Position numbers and translations under genes: made by a program. Shown here one piece after another: positions 38,878-48,870 of a stretch of DNA of 64,000 nt. Numbering within the stretch: position 1 is the first letter of the stretch; each line of letters begins with the position of its first letter. The stretch lies in contig CAIYVX010000039.1 in assembly GCA_903929765.1 (NCBI GenBank), forward strand, positions 32,573 to 96,572. The letters are read 5' to 3'. The notes below the pieces were generated by a model that did no database searches, was not told the DNA's origin, and saw only the letters and a program-made list of their open reading frames with translations. This DNA is from an uncultured Planctomycetia bacterium. GTDB lineage: Bacteria > Planctomycetota > Phycisphaerae > FEN-1346 > JAACEH01.

Positions 38878-40764
38878 TCAACCGGTCGGCCCGGGTTGCG
38901 GCGGCGGACCAGACTGGCCCGGCGGCGGGCCTTGTCCGGGCTGTCCGGGCTGACCGTGCCGCCCGCCACGACGTCGGCCGCCGCGTCGGCCGCGGCGATG
39001 ATGACGCTGGGCCCCGGCCTGGGGCGGCGAAGACCCGGCTCCGGGTTGGGCTGAAGAACTCCGGGAAACCTCCGTCTCGCCGGCCGACTCGCCGTCGTCC
39101 GGACCGTCGTCATCCGGCGGCGCGGAACTAGAGTCGAAGGCTCCGAAACTTTCCAGGACGGCCCGGGGCAGGCCCAGATCGTCGGGGCCGGTCCGTGGCG
39201 GAGGAGCGCTCTGCGGTCCGCGCGAGGCCGCAGGACTTTGAGCGGCAGGGGCGAGCGGTGAATTCGTTTGTTGCGGCGGTCGGCCCCCGGCGCTGCCGGC
39301 CTGCGGCGCATGGCCCGGCGGTCGCGGCTGGCGATTATCAGGAGCACCCTCCGGCCCACGGCGATTTCGCCCGCCGCGCCGACGGCGGCGGCGCTTGGGC
39401 TGGCCATCCGGCGACGCTGCGCCTCCGGGCGGCACGGCGCCAGGAGCGGCCGGGGCAGAGGTCGGCGCACGGTCGCTGCCGGCGGGGCTGACCGGGGTTT
39501 CGATTTCTTCCGCCGCGATGGTCTCGGCGGCCTCCGGCCCTTTGACTGTTAAATCAGACAAGGCAGCTTCGATCAGGGCGGCCGGGGCCGTTTCAGGTTT
39601 GGGCGGCGCGGGCTGCTCCGGTCGGCGTCCGGTGTCGCGGCCGCGCGTATCGGAACTGCGCGAGCGCGGGCCGGCGGGGCCGGTCGTGAGTTTCGACCAG
39701 GCGGCCATAACGTCGGCTTCCTTGAGGTCGCGGGCGGTGATGGCGTCGAGCGGGGCGACCTCGAACTTCCCGGCAATTTCGAGGCGGACCAACTGGGTCA
39801 GGATGTCGCCGCCGACCACGCGGGCCGGACCATGCTCGGTCATGACATAGGAGTTTTTACGCGGCAGATTTTTGCGCAGTTCGTCGTAGGTGTCCTGCTC
39901 GTAGCGCAGGCAGCACATCAGCCGCCCGCAGCGGCCGCTGATCTTGGAGGGGTCGAGCGTGGCTTTCTGGATCTTGGCCATGCGCATGGAGACGGGCTGA
40001 AATTCTTTGATGAAGGCGCGGCAACAGATGAACTGTCCGCAGCGTTCGTAATCGGCCAGAAGTCGGGCTTCGTCGCGGACGCCGACTTGGCGCATTTCGA
40101 TGCGGGTCTGGTACTCGTGGGAGAGGTCGCGGACGAGGTCGCGGAAATCGATGCGCGTCTCGGAGAGGAAATAGAAGATGATGCGGTCGCCGCCGAGAAG
40201 GTGTTCCGCGGCCACGAGCTTCATGGGGAGCTTGCGCTCGCGCATTTTTTCTTCGCAGAATTTGCGTTCGCGATCTTCGCTCTGGTGCAGATGTTTTTCT
40301 TCCATCAAATCTTCGTGCGTGGCAAGGCGGCGAATGGTGCCGACCAGTTTCAGCGGGCGGCCCTCGTAGGTCAGTTGCCGCGTGGCCGAGCGCAGGGCGG
40401 TGCCGATTTCGAGGCCGCGGTCGCTCTTGATGACGACCTTGAGGCCGCGCTCGACCGGGCCGATCTTCGAGCGGAAGAGGCCCAGCGTGCTCATCCGACC
40501 GTAGCGGACGCAGACCAGCGGTTCACCGGCGCCGGCGGGTTCCGGCCCGGATTCCTCAAGGACCGGTTCGCTCTGGGCCGAGGGACAGGCCGGGCAGGGC
40601 GCGCCGTCGCCGTGGCCCTGGCCGCAGCCGGGGCAGGAAGCGGGTGTGGCGGCGGAGGTCGCCGGGGGCGCGGGCTGAGCGGCGCTGTCCGAAGCGTCGA
40701 TAGGTTTCTTCGATGGTTCGGGCGGCTGCTGGCCGGCAGGAATAGGCTGCGATGGTTGCGTCAT
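38878..40764 (-). CDS. PSP1 C-terminal domain protein (RicT/YaaT-like) with long disordered Pro/Ala/Gly-rich C-terminal tail
   Basis: Cys motifs CGQFICCRAF and ISGRCGRLMCCLRYEQDTY typical of the PSP1/YaaT core. About 330 aa of low-complexity tail. Confidence 0.7.
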   Translation of the reverse strand: MTQPSQPIPAGQQPPEPSKKPIDASDSAAQPAPPATSAATPASCPGCGQGHGDGAPCPACPSAQSEPVLEESGPEPAGAGEPLVCVRYGRMSTLGLFRSKIGPVERGLKVVIKSDRGLEIGTALRSATRQLTYEGRPLKLVGTIRRLATHEDLMEEKHLHQSEDRERKFCEEKMRERKLPMKLVAAEHLLGGDRIIFYFLSETRIDFRDLVRDLSHEYQTRIEMRQVGVRDEARLLADYERCGQFICCRAFIKEFQPVSMRMAKIQKATLDPSKISGRCGRLMCCLRYEQDTYDELRKNLPRKNSYVMTEHGPARVVGGDILTQLVRLEIAGKFEVAPLDAITARDLKEADVMAAWSKLTTGPAGPRSRSSDTRGRDTGRRPEQPAPPKPETAPAALIEAALSDLTVKGPEAAETIAAEEIETPVSPAGSDRAPTSAPAAPGAVPPGGAASPDGQPKRRRRRRGGRNRRGPEGAPDNRQPRPPGHAPQAGSAGGRPPQQTNSPLAPAAQSPAASRGPQSAPPPRTGPDDLGLPRAVLESFGAFDSSSAPPDDDGPDDGESAGETEVSRSSSAQPGAGSSPPQAGAQRHHRRGRRGGRRRGGRHGQPGQPGQGPPPGQSGPPPQPGPTG

Positions 40765-41129
40765 TTCGCTCCTGGTGCGCTACGGTTTAACAAAAAAACA
40801 GCGGAGAGGGCACCGATCACATCAACGCCGGGGGGATGGCTTTGACGGACGATAGCCCCCAGTCCGCTGTAAAATCCCACTTTATTCTACCGCACCCGCC
40901 GCAAGGTAGCAACAACTTTACTCATAACCCCCTGCCCTGCGACGACCGACCGAGGCATAATCACTTTCCTGACGGCCGGCCCTTCTTTCTCTGTCTGTGG
41001 AATTATACGCCCACCGAATCAAATGGCGAATTTTTTTTCCGGGTAAATTAACCTTTGGGGGAAACAGCCAAAGACCAGGGGCAAGATGCCCCTGGCACTC
41101 ACGGGCAAGATGCCCGTGCCACTGTACAG

Positions 41130-43145
41130 TTATTTTTTTCCGCCGCGAACCTGGACCGGACAGCGGGCGATGCTCTCCAGGAAAAGTCGCCCGTACCGTT
41201 TGGTGACCACGCGGTCGTCCAGAACGACGACGATGCCGCGGTCGGATTTGGAGCGAATCAGCCGCCCGATCCCCTGTTTGAAGCGCAGCACAGCCTCGGG
41301 CAACTGGTAATCCATGAACGGATTTCCGCCGGCGGCGCGAATCTCTTCGAGGCGGGCTTCGACCAGCGGGCGGTCGGGAACGGCAAAGGGAAGTTTGGTG
41401 ATGATGACGTTGGAGAGGCTCTCGCCGGGGACGTCGACGCCCTGCCAGAAACTTTCGGTGCCGAACAGGACACTATCGGTGTCCTCGCGGAAACGGCGCA
41501 ACATGGCGGCGCGGGACATCCGCCCGCCCTGCTCGAAAACGGTGATTCCGAGCCGCTCCAACTGTGGTCGCAGGATGTTCGCCATGGCCGTGAGCATTTT
41601 GTAACTGGTGAAAAGGACGAAGGCCTTGCCGTGGGTCAGGCGGATATATTTCAGGGCGGCCTCGGCGGCGCGCGGGACGAAATAATCGAGATTGTTCGGA
41701 TCGCCCAGGCCCTGCTCGACGAAAATTTCCATTTGCGCGGCGTAGTCGAAGGGGCTGCCGAGCAAAACTTCCTGCGGATCGGCCAGCCCGAGGCGGCTCT
41801 TGACGTAGGCAAAGGGGTCGTCGGCGCCGACGGCCAGGGTGGCGCTGGTCAGGGTGACGCTGTCGAGCTTGCTCCAGAGGACTTCGCGCAAGGTCTCGCC
41901 GACGGCCACCGGATTGCAGTGGAGGGCGACTCGACCAGTGGCACGGGCATCTTGCCCGTGGCTTCCGCCGTTCCCTTCCGATTCGATCCAATAGACCGAC
42001 TTTTCGCGGGTCTGATTGACGAAATCGGCGGCCGTGGCGGCCAGAGCGGCGAGGCGGTCCAGGTAGGCGGCGGCTTCGAGTTTGTCGTCCTCCTCGGGGC
42101 ACTGTTTCTGAAGCCCGCGCATGGCGGCCTGAAGTTCCAGCAGGGCGGGCGAGAGCGGATTGGCGACGAAGCCCGATTCCAGAATCCGGCCGTTGGAGCG
42201 GGCCCGCATGCGGGCGAAGTCGCGCACGGCGTCAAAAAACTCGTCGGCGGCGCTGCGGGCGGAGCGGGCCAGGCGGAGGAGATCGGCGTCGTGGAAGCCG
42301 GCCAGAAAGCCGCGATTGGTGTCGGCGTTGTAAAGGCCGTCGAGGAAAAAACGCGTCTGGCCCGAGGCCAGGTCGAGACCGAAAGCGTCGCAGGCGACGT
42401 TCTCAAGGTTGTGGGCCTCGTCGAGCACGAGGAGCTTGTAGTCGGGGAGAAACGCGTTGCCCTCGGCCTTGATGGCCAGATCGCTGAAGAGGAGGGCGTG
42501 GTTGATGACCAGCAGATGGGCGTCCATCATGCGGCGGCGCACGCGCTGGTAGAAACATTTCGATTCGTGCTGGCACTTGCGGCCGCGGCAGTTGCCGGCC
42601 TCGGCGTTGAGGCGCGACCAGATGGCCCCGCTGGGTTGCGGGTCGAGGTCGGAGACGGTGCCGTCTTTGGTGACGTAGGCCCATTCGATAATGCGTTTCA
42701 GTTCCGCGACCTCGTCGCTGGTGACAAAGAGCGTGGCGGCTTTTTTTGCGGCCAGTTCGAGGCGGCGGAGGCAGAGATAGTTCGAGCGGCCCTTGACGAG
42801 GACGGCCTTGAACTCGGTCGGCCAGACGGACTGGAGAAAGGGCAAGTCCTTGTCGATTAATTGTTCCTGGAGGCTTATGGTGTAGGTCGATATGACGGCC
42901 GGACCGCTTTGCTCCGTGGCCTGGATCAGGGCGGGGACGAGGTAGGCGAAACTTTTGCCGACGCCGGTGCCGGCCTCGACCAGGAGGTGGCGGTTGGAGC
43001 GGGCGGCCGTCTCGACGGCCTCGGCCATGGCGAGCTGTTCGGGGCGAACCTCGTAGCCCGGCAGAGCGGCGGCGATGGGGCCAGAGGGTCCGAGGAAATC
43101 GGCGGCTTTCATCAAAAACTGTCCATTCACTGGTGGGGGTGCCAC
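41130..43145 (-). CDS. dinG: ATP-dependent DNA helicase, DinG/Rad3 family
   Basis: Walker [12 protein letters not shown] box [10 protein letters not shown], and the C-terminal helicase motifs (VLFTSY..., QGIGRLIRS). Confidence 0.85.
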   Translation of the reverse strand: MAPPPVNGQFLMKAADFLGPSGPIAAALPGYEVRPEQLAMAEAVETAARSNRHLLVEAGTGVGKSFAYLVPALIQATEQSGPAVISTYTISLQEQLIDKDLPFLQSVWPTEFKAVLVKGRSNYLCLRRLELAAKKAATLFVTSDEVAELKRIIEWAYVTKDGTVSDLDPQPSGAIWSRLNAEAGNCRGRKCQHESKCFYQRVRRRMMDAHLLVINHALLFSDLAIKAEGNAFLPDYKLLVLDEAHNLENVACDAFGLDLASGQTRFFLDGLYNADTNRGFLAGFHDADLLRLARSARSAADEFFDAVRDFARMRARSNGRILESGFVANPLSPALLELQAAMRGLQKQCPEEDDKLEAAAYLDRLAALAATAADFVNQTREKSVYWIESEGNGGSHGQDARATGRVALHCNPVAVGETLREVLWSKLDSVTLTSATLAVGADDPFAYVKSRLGLADPQEVLLGSPFDYAAQMEIFVEQGLGDPNNLDYFVPRAAEAALKYIRLTHGKAFVLFTSYKMLTAMANILRPQLERLGITVFEQGGRMSRAAMLRRFREDTDSVLFGTESFWQGVDVPGESLSNVIITKLPFAVPDRPLVEARLEEIRAAGGNPFMDYQLPEAVLRFKQGIGRLIRSKSDRGIVVVLDDRVVTKRYGRLFLESIARCPVQVRGGKK

Positions 43146-43247
43146 ACTTTGTCCCCCGGCCGTTTGGGGGCAAAGTGTGTCGAATACCAGCCGGCGTTCC
43201 TCACACTTTGCCCGGCGAAACAGCCCGCCGGGACAAAGTGTGGCACC
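43135..43247. repeat. Two adjacent family-D hairpins (D3, D4)
   Basis: GCCACACTTTGTCCCCCGGCCGTTTGGGGGCAAAGTGTG and CACACTTTGCCCGGCGAAACAGCCCGCCGGGACAAAGTGTGGC. Confidence 0.8.
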
Positions 43248-43274
43248 CTCTTCCGGGGGTTTTCATAAACTTGT

Positions 43275-43742
43275 TCAAACGCCTTCCTGAGCCAACCGTG
43301 CGGCCGTCCACTGGGCGGCGAAGCGAACGAAACCGGTGCAGCGATCCTTGCAGCCGCCGGCTTTGTACCGCTCCTGCCAACCGGCCTCACGCAAATCCAG
43401 ACCGAGCAATTCGCGGCACTCGGTCTGGCCGAATTGCTTCGCGAAGGCGTCGACCAGTTCGGCGACGGTCGCGTTGGCCCAGGCCTTCTCAGCATTGTGA
43501 TCGGGGAGTTTTTTCCGGCAGGCGGCGAAGCCGATGGCCATGGCGGCGCCGGTGACAGCGCCGCAAATGTGGCCGGTGTGGCCCATGCCGCCGCCGAGGC
43601 CGGTGGCCAGGCCCGGCAGACAGGAACATTTTTCCCCCAGCCCCTGCCCTTCGACGAGCGCCGTGGCGGTACTCTCGGCACAATTGTAGCCGCCGTGGAA
43701 GAGTTCGTCGGCCCGAGCGGCAACTTCATTTGCGTTATTCAT
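43275..43742 (-). CDS. C_GCAxxG_C_C family protein
   Basis: GYNCAES and HICGAVTGAAMAIG motifs. Confidence 0.75.
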   Translation of the reverse strand: MNNANEVAARADELFHGGYNCAESTATALVEGQGLGEKCSCLPGLATGLGGGMGHTGHICGAVTGAAMAIGFAACRKKLPDHNAEKAWANATVAELVDAFAKQFGQTECRELLGLDLREAGWQERYKAGGCKDRCTGFVRFAAQWTAARLAQEGV

Positions 43743-43842
43743 TGCATACCATCCTTTGCGTTTCCATTTCATGGCGGCAAACAGCGGCCGCCATGCCACC
43801 CGACGTTTTTGCTTTTTGCTTTTAATTTTTCATTTTTAATTT

Positions 43843-44634
43843 TTAACTTTTAATTTTCTGTTCAATTCGCCCTTCCATCGGGCTGGACGCGGTGGCGAAT
43901 TTTTTTCGGGGTATGCGGCCCGACTCGTAGGCCAGCCGTCCGGCCTCGCAGGCCAGCCGCATGGCCCGGGCCATCCGCACCGGATCGCGCGCCCCGGCGA
44001 TACCGGTGTTCATCAGCACGCCGGCGGCGCCGAGTTCCATGGCTACGGCCACGTCGCTGGCGGTGCCGACGCCGGCATCGACGATGATCGGCACTTTGGC
44101 CCGTTCCAGGATGATCTCGATGTTGCCGGGATTGAGGATCCCCTGCCCCGAGCCGATGGGGCTGCCCAGCGGCATGACGCTCGTGGCCCCGGCCTCCTCC
44201 AACCGCCGGGCCACCACCGGATCGTCGCTGGTGTAGGCCAGAACGGTGAAACCTTCCTTGACCAGCACGGCCAGGGCCTTCAGGGTCTCGATGGGGTCGG
44301 GCAGCAGCGTCTGCGGATCGGCCAGGACTTCGAGCTTGACCCAGTCGAGTTCCAGGGCCTCGCGTCCGAGCCGCGCCGTGCGGATGGCGTCCTCGGCCGA
44401 GAAACAGCCGGCCGTGTTGGGCAGCAGCGTGAGTTTTTTCAGATCGAGGTAATTGAGCAGCGAATCCTTCGAGCGGTCCAGTTCGATGCGCCGCACCGCG
44501 ACCGTGACGACCTCCGCGCCGGAAGCCGCGAGGGCCTCGGCCATCAGCGGAAACGTGGCGTATTTGCCCGTGCCGACGAAGAGCCGGCTGTGGAATTCGT
44601 GTTTGCCGAGACGGATTGTGTCTTGTCCTGACAT
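43843..44634 (-). CDS. thiG: Thiazole synthase
   Basis: [12 protein letters not shown]...VTVAVRR...LLPNTAGC...[14 protein letters not shown]. Confidence 0.95.
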   Translation of the reverse strand: MSGQDTIRLGKHEFHSRLFVGTGKYATFPLMAEALAASGAEVVTVAVRRIELDRSKDSLLNYLDLKKLTLLPNTAGCFSAEDAIRTARLGREALELDWVKLEVLADPQTLLPDPIETLKALAVLVKEGFTVLAYTSDDPVVARRLEEAGATSVMPLGSPIGSGQGILNPGNIEIILERAKVPIIVDAGVGTASDVAVAMELGAAGVLMNTGIAGARDPVRMARAMRLACEAGRLAYESGRIPRKKFATASSPMEGRIEQKIKS

Positions 44635-44682
44635 TTTTTTCTATCCTCTATCGATGAAGATCCCTGTGAGTTGTGGCACAGG

Positions 44683-44815
44683 GCCTCAACCCCTCACCCG
44701 GCCGCTGCGCGGCCACCCTCTCCCAAGGGAGAGGGGTGAAGAAGAAACAACAAAAGAAAAAGCAACAGAAACATCACCCTCACCCTACCCTCCCCCCTCA
44801 AGGGGGAGGGGTGAA
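44683..44815. repeat. A14 + A15 elements (A16 at 45121-45170)
   Basis: Family-A cores in inverted orientation between thiG and thiS and beyond. Confidence 0.75.
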
Positions 44816-44820
44816 GCAAT

Positions 44821-45021
44821 TCATCCGCCTCCGACGAAACTTACTATTTCGACCTTGTCGCCGGCGACCAGAGGCGTCGAACTATGTTCGGCCTTGGGGA
44901 CGATCTGCTCGTTGACCTCGACGGCGATCCGCCCAGGCTGAATGCCCATTTCCGCCAGCAGGGCCGTGATGGTCAGCCCCTGAGCGACGGAGCGCGACTC
45001 ACCGTTGACCTTGATTTCCAT
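44821..45021 (-). CDS. thiS: Sulfur carrier protein ThiS
   Basis: MEIKVNGE...VEIVSFVGGG with C-terminal GG, directly upstream of thiG on the same strand. Confidence 0.8.
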   Translation of the reverse strand: MEIKVNGESRSVAQGLTITALLAEMGIQPGRIAVEVNEQIVPKAEHSSTPLVAGDKVEIVSFVGGG

Positions 45022-45266
45022 TTTTTCCATCGCCTTCCTCTCCGATCTCGACGGTGCATTATAGAGCGCCGCCGACACGGAGGCAACGCCCGTTGCGTTT
45101 TATCCTCGTTGCGTTTTATCCCTATCCCTTGGGAGAGGGTGGCCCGAAGGGTCGGGTGAGGGGTTGAGGCCAAAACAAAACTCAATTCCGACAATCAATA
45201 AAATTTCTTGCACCAGCTTCCTGACAAGTTATACTAATTCCATCACGTCATTTGGGAGATACAAGA

Positions 45267-46247
45267 ATGTTTACCATCCGATTCAAGTGCACCCACTGCA
45301 AGGCCGAATTGCATTCGCCGGAGTCAATGGTCGGCCGAACACTGGTCTGCAAGAAATGCGGCTACATGAACATCATCCCGCCCAGTAACTGGCGGAAATT
45401 TTTCCAATTTGACGAGCGACAAGGCCTGACGTTGAAGATTGCGGTGAGCGTGGTGGCCTTGTCCTTATTTATCGCCGCGTTATGCATGGCGGTCTCGCAT
45501 ATGAAAAGTCCCGAAAAGGCTCTTCAAGAGAAGTACGAAACTCTTAAGACCGATAATGACGCCTTAGTAACCGACTTTGCCAAGATCAGCGAAATCAATG
45601 ACAAGCTTAAAACGCGGGTCCAACAGGACATGAAAGAAATCAAGGGCCTCGAAACGGAGTTGAGTCGTCTACATGAACAGATTAACAACCTACAAGCAAG
45701 CCAAGCAAAGGCCAATGAACCACCGATGAGGCCGGTTGAAATGCCAGATCAAATTGCGATGTCACCTTCGCACCAACCGGCATTCTCCCCCCCGTCAATT
45801 CCTGCTCCTGCCCCAGCGCCAACCACGGCCATTTCAGCGGTTCCTGCCTTGAAGAAGGAAATGCCCAATGCAGATCAGGAGAAAATACGCAACATGTTGA
45901 GCTGGCTTCGTTCAAATAGAACATGTATATCTTGTGGCGGAACTGGATTAATCCAAGGAGCGGGTTGCTCTGACTGCACATCCAGGACCGAAACAAAAAC
46001 ATTAATGCTTACCCACAATAAACGCGGAAACCGAACTCCGACCGATGATTATTATGTCACCGGTTTCAAAGGAAACGGTCTCGCCAAAATCTCCCATCTT
46101 CGCCCATCTCTTGATTCTATCCTCGGACTCTGCCAGAAATACGCCGATTGCATTCCTCCGGAACTTTTATCAGTTGCAAAGGGAACTTGCTGTGACATTG
46201 ACCCTGGCATGGCATCTCATTTTCCATCCCCGGTACATGTCAAGTAG
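45267..46247 (+). CDS. Zinc-ribbon / TM / coiled-coil protein with C-terminal CxxCxGxG motif (hypothetical, low GC)
   Basis: RBS GGGAGA. N-terminal FKCTHCKAEL...CKKCGYMN, one TM helix, a coiled-coil stretch, and C-terminal CISCGGTG...CSDC. About 48% GC. Confidence 0.5.
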   Translation: MFTIRFKCTHCKAELHSPESMVGRTLVCKKCGYMNIIPPSNWRKFFQFDERQGLTLKIAVSVVALSLFIAALCMAVSHMKSPEKALQEKYETLKTDNDALVTDFAKISEINDKLKTRVQQDMKEIKGLETELSRLHEQINNLQASQAKANEPPMRPVEMPDQIAMSPSHQPAFSPPSIPAPAPAPTTAISAVPALKKEMPNADQEKIRNMLSWLRSNRTCISCGGTGLIQGAGCSDCTSRTETKTLMLTHNKRGNRTPTDDYYVTGFKGNGLAKISHLRPSLDSILGLCQKYADCIPPELLSVAKGTCCDIDPGMASHFPSPVHVK

Positions 46248-46518
46248 TTGCCGCGCGGAAATAACTTCCCCGAGCGGCCCAGTGCACGGGCTGGAACCGC
46301 CCGAGGAGAGGTACGGCTTGTCGGAAAGGCGACAGAACGGCAATTTTAAAGCCGCAGGTAACTCGTAAATTCCTTACGCCCCTTCGGGGCTAATAAGAAA
46401 AAGAAGAAGATATATTGTTGACCTTCATACCGGGGGTTTCACCCCCGGCTAGGACCCCCGCGCCCTTTCAGGGCGGAAAACGACAGCAACTACAGAAGAA
46501 ACTGCAGCCCCCGGATAC

Positions 46519-47631
46519 CTACTGCCCGGTTTGAATCTTGCTCAGATCGTTCTCGCCGACAAAGCGATAAGTGCCGCCGTTATGGGCGGCGATCTCCTTG
46601 AGAAGCGGCTCGCCGTCAGAGTAGACGAAACAAATGGTGTGAATGATGGCGTCCTTGCGGACGTTGAGGCGGTCGATCTGGCCGGCGATGCCCCGGTCGA
46701 ATTCGCCGTCGGTCAGGAGGTAGACCGTGTTGGCGCCGACCTCGAAGGTGCGGCGCAAGGCTTCGGAGGGGTCGGTCTGGCCGATGGCGATAATGCTGTC
46801 GATGAAATCGTAGGCTATGTTCTTGTTCGACTCGGTGGCGTATACCATCTTCCGCACCGGCATTTCGACGGCCGGGCCGGAGGAATAGAAGACGATGAAG
46901 AAGGAGTCGGAGGGACGCAGGGCGCGAATCGAACGCTTCATCTCGTGCTTGACATAAGAGAAGCTGTCGGTCATCGAGCCGGACCGGTCGACGATGTAGG
47001 CGACGCGACGCGGGCCTTTGGGGTTGGTGTCGATGAAGATCGTGTTGGAAGGTCGTTCACCGTTGCCGCGCCCCAGCCCGGCGGCCAAGAGGTCGCTGCC
47101 CAGGCCGCCGGGATCGCCGAGGCCGATCGTTTCGATGTTGGTAGCCGGGCGGTCGAAATCCGCTATTCCCTTGAACTCGTCGTTGCGGACTTTCTTGAAA
47201 ACATAGTTGCCGGTTGTGGCATTGGGGTGGTAGAGGTTATGGCTGGGTGTCGGGTCGGGATTGGTGTACCGGGGGTGAGCCGTCTGCACCAGGTCGGTCA
47301 CAATCTCAACTTTCTCTCGCGGCGGTTGCATGGCGGTGCAGGTGACCAGGGCGACGAGGAGCACGGCGAGGTGGCAGACGGCGCTGGTGCCCCAGGAGGG
47401 CAGGTAGGCGGCGACGAAGGCGAGGATGCGTCCGCCGCGCGTCGTCGGCAGGTCGGTTTCATCGCCGGGCGGCGCATCGGACGAGGCGGGCGTGTGGGCC
47501 GGACCGACGGCGACGGCGCCGAAGGGGACGGTCACGGCCTGGCGGCAATAGGGACATTGAACGCGGGTTCCGGGGTTCTCATCGACTTGCAGGCGCTTGC
47601 CGCACTGCTGGCAGCGAAATCGCAGACTCAT
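46519..47631 (-). CDS. VWA-domain protein with N-terminal zinc ribbon and TM anchor (VWA paralog 1)
   Basis: FRCQQCGKRLQ...CPYCRQ zinc ribbon, one TM helix, and MIDAS DRSGSM. The VWA core is shared with the three paralogs upstream. Confidence 0.75.
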   Translation of the reverse strand: MSLRFRCQQCGKRLQVDENPGTRVQCPYCRQAVTVPFGAVAVGPAHTPASSDAPPGDETDLPTTRGGRILAFVAAYLPSWGTSAVCHLAVLLVALVTCTAMQPPREKVEIVTDLVQTAHPRYTNPDPTPSHNLYHPNATTGNYVFKKVRNDEFKGIADFDRPATNIETIGLGDPGGLGSDLLAAGLGRGNGERPSNTIFIDTNPKGPRRVAYIVDRSGSMTDSFSYVKHEMKRSIRALRPSDSFFIVFYSSGPAVEMPVRKMVYATESNKNIAYDFIDSIIAIGQTDPSEALRRTFEVGANTVYLLTDGEFDRGIAGQIDRLNVRKDAIIHTICFVYSDGEPLLKEIAAHNGGTYRFVGENDLSKIQTGQ

Positions 47632-47870
47632 GGCAGGCCTCCCCGGCTCTGCCGCCGCAGCGCAAAGGTGCCGCGTCGGCAGAACCGACAAATGCGCCCA
47701 GTCACATGCCGTACCAAGGCCGGGCAAGTTCCGAGTGAGCATCTGTCGCAAGGGCCCTTGCGCTGACCGGCGAACCGCACCTGCGGCACGGTTGTCAGTC
47801 GTATCCAAATACGTTCTCTAACCGGATTGGTTCGGGAGAAAAAATAAATTTCAGAAATGTTTTTGCCGGA

Positions 47871-47913
47871 ACCCCTCTCCCTTGGGAGAGGGTGGCCCTT
47901 CAGGGCCGGGTGG
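47871..47913. repeat. Family-A element A17
   Basis: CCCCTCTCCCTTGGGAGAGGGTGGCCCTTCAGGGCCGGGTGGGG. Confidence 0.75.
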
Positions 47914-47918
47914 GGCTA

Positions 47919-48830
47919 TTATCGCACAGGACCCCAAGCGTCGCGGTCCACCGCAGGCAAATCGCAACCGACATCGAATTTTCCTTTGGGTGCAACGACC
48001 CGCCTGGTCCAAGCCGGTGCAACCAAGCTGGCCCCGTACTGGCGGTAGGCCAACTCCAGCTTACGCGCCTCGCCCGTAACTGTGCCGCACTCTTCGAGTC
48101 CTTCACTGAACCGCCCGCGCCCTGCGTTGACCGCGTGTTTCGCCTCGCCCGCCGTGATGATGGGATAGTCCCCTATTTTTTCAAGTTGCGGCCATTGGAA
48201 CAAGATTTCCCGGACTTGACCGCCGCGACCGACTTGGACGCTGATTCGCGCACTGGGTAAATCCCGACCATCAATTTGTCGGAAGAACCAAACGCCCATG
48301 GCGGCGGAACGGACATCCATTGAGTATGTATTGTTGCAAACCATAGGCCGACCAACTTCGTCGCGCCATAGATTCGTCGCCTGGAGGCATTTGCGGGCTA
48401 TTGCTATGGCCTGCTCTTGGTCGGGAAATGGTTGTCCAGCCAGGGGCGGATCTTGGCGCCTCAAACTATGGTAACTCGCGGTTTTCCCCTCAGCGAGCCA
48501 GGATGCCGCGGGCACTTCAAGACCGTTAAGTTTCTCTTCGATTTGCAACAAATCCACCGCGTTTCGCTGCTGTTCGACAATGCGGTAGACAGCCATGGTG
48601 GCGGGGGCCTTCGGAAGAGGCTGCGGCCAAGTCAGGTCGAGTTCCCAGGCAGAATAGCGATAGTCTTCTTCGGCCTCGTCGGCCTGCAACTCCGGCAGTG
48701 GCGGCAACGCCTGACCACCATTCGCCGAGGCGTCCGTATTGTGACGCGGAGTCGAACAGCCACAATCCAAAATGGCAGCGAAGGCACAAATCATGACGAG
48801 AAACATCAAGAAGGCAACGCTGGTCTTCAT
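47919..48830 (-). CDS. Hypothetical lipoprotein
   Basis: Signal peptide with LDCGC lipobox-like Cys. About 52% GC. No recognizable domain. Confidence 0.5.
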   Translation of the reverse strand: MKTSVAFLMFLVMICAFAAILDCGCSTPRHNTDASANGGQALPPLPELQADEAEEDYRYSAWELDLTWPQPLPKAPATMAVYRIVEQQRNAVDLLQIEEKLNGLEVPAASWLAEGKTASYHSLRRQDPPLAGQPFPDQEQAIAIARKCLQATNLWRDEVGRPMVCNNTYSMDVRSAAMGVWFFRQIDGRDLPSARISVQVGRGGQVREILFQWPQLEKIGDYPIITAGEAKHAVNAGRGRFSEGLEECGTVTGEARKLELAYRQYGASLVAPAWTRRVVAPKGKFDVGCDLPAVDRDAWGPVR

Positions 48831-48870
48831 GAGTTACACTCCAAAACATAAGGTGATAAATTTCCGTTTG

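Noticed and set aside
41055-42860. 601-aa plus-strand ORF
   Set aside because: Antisense to dinG.
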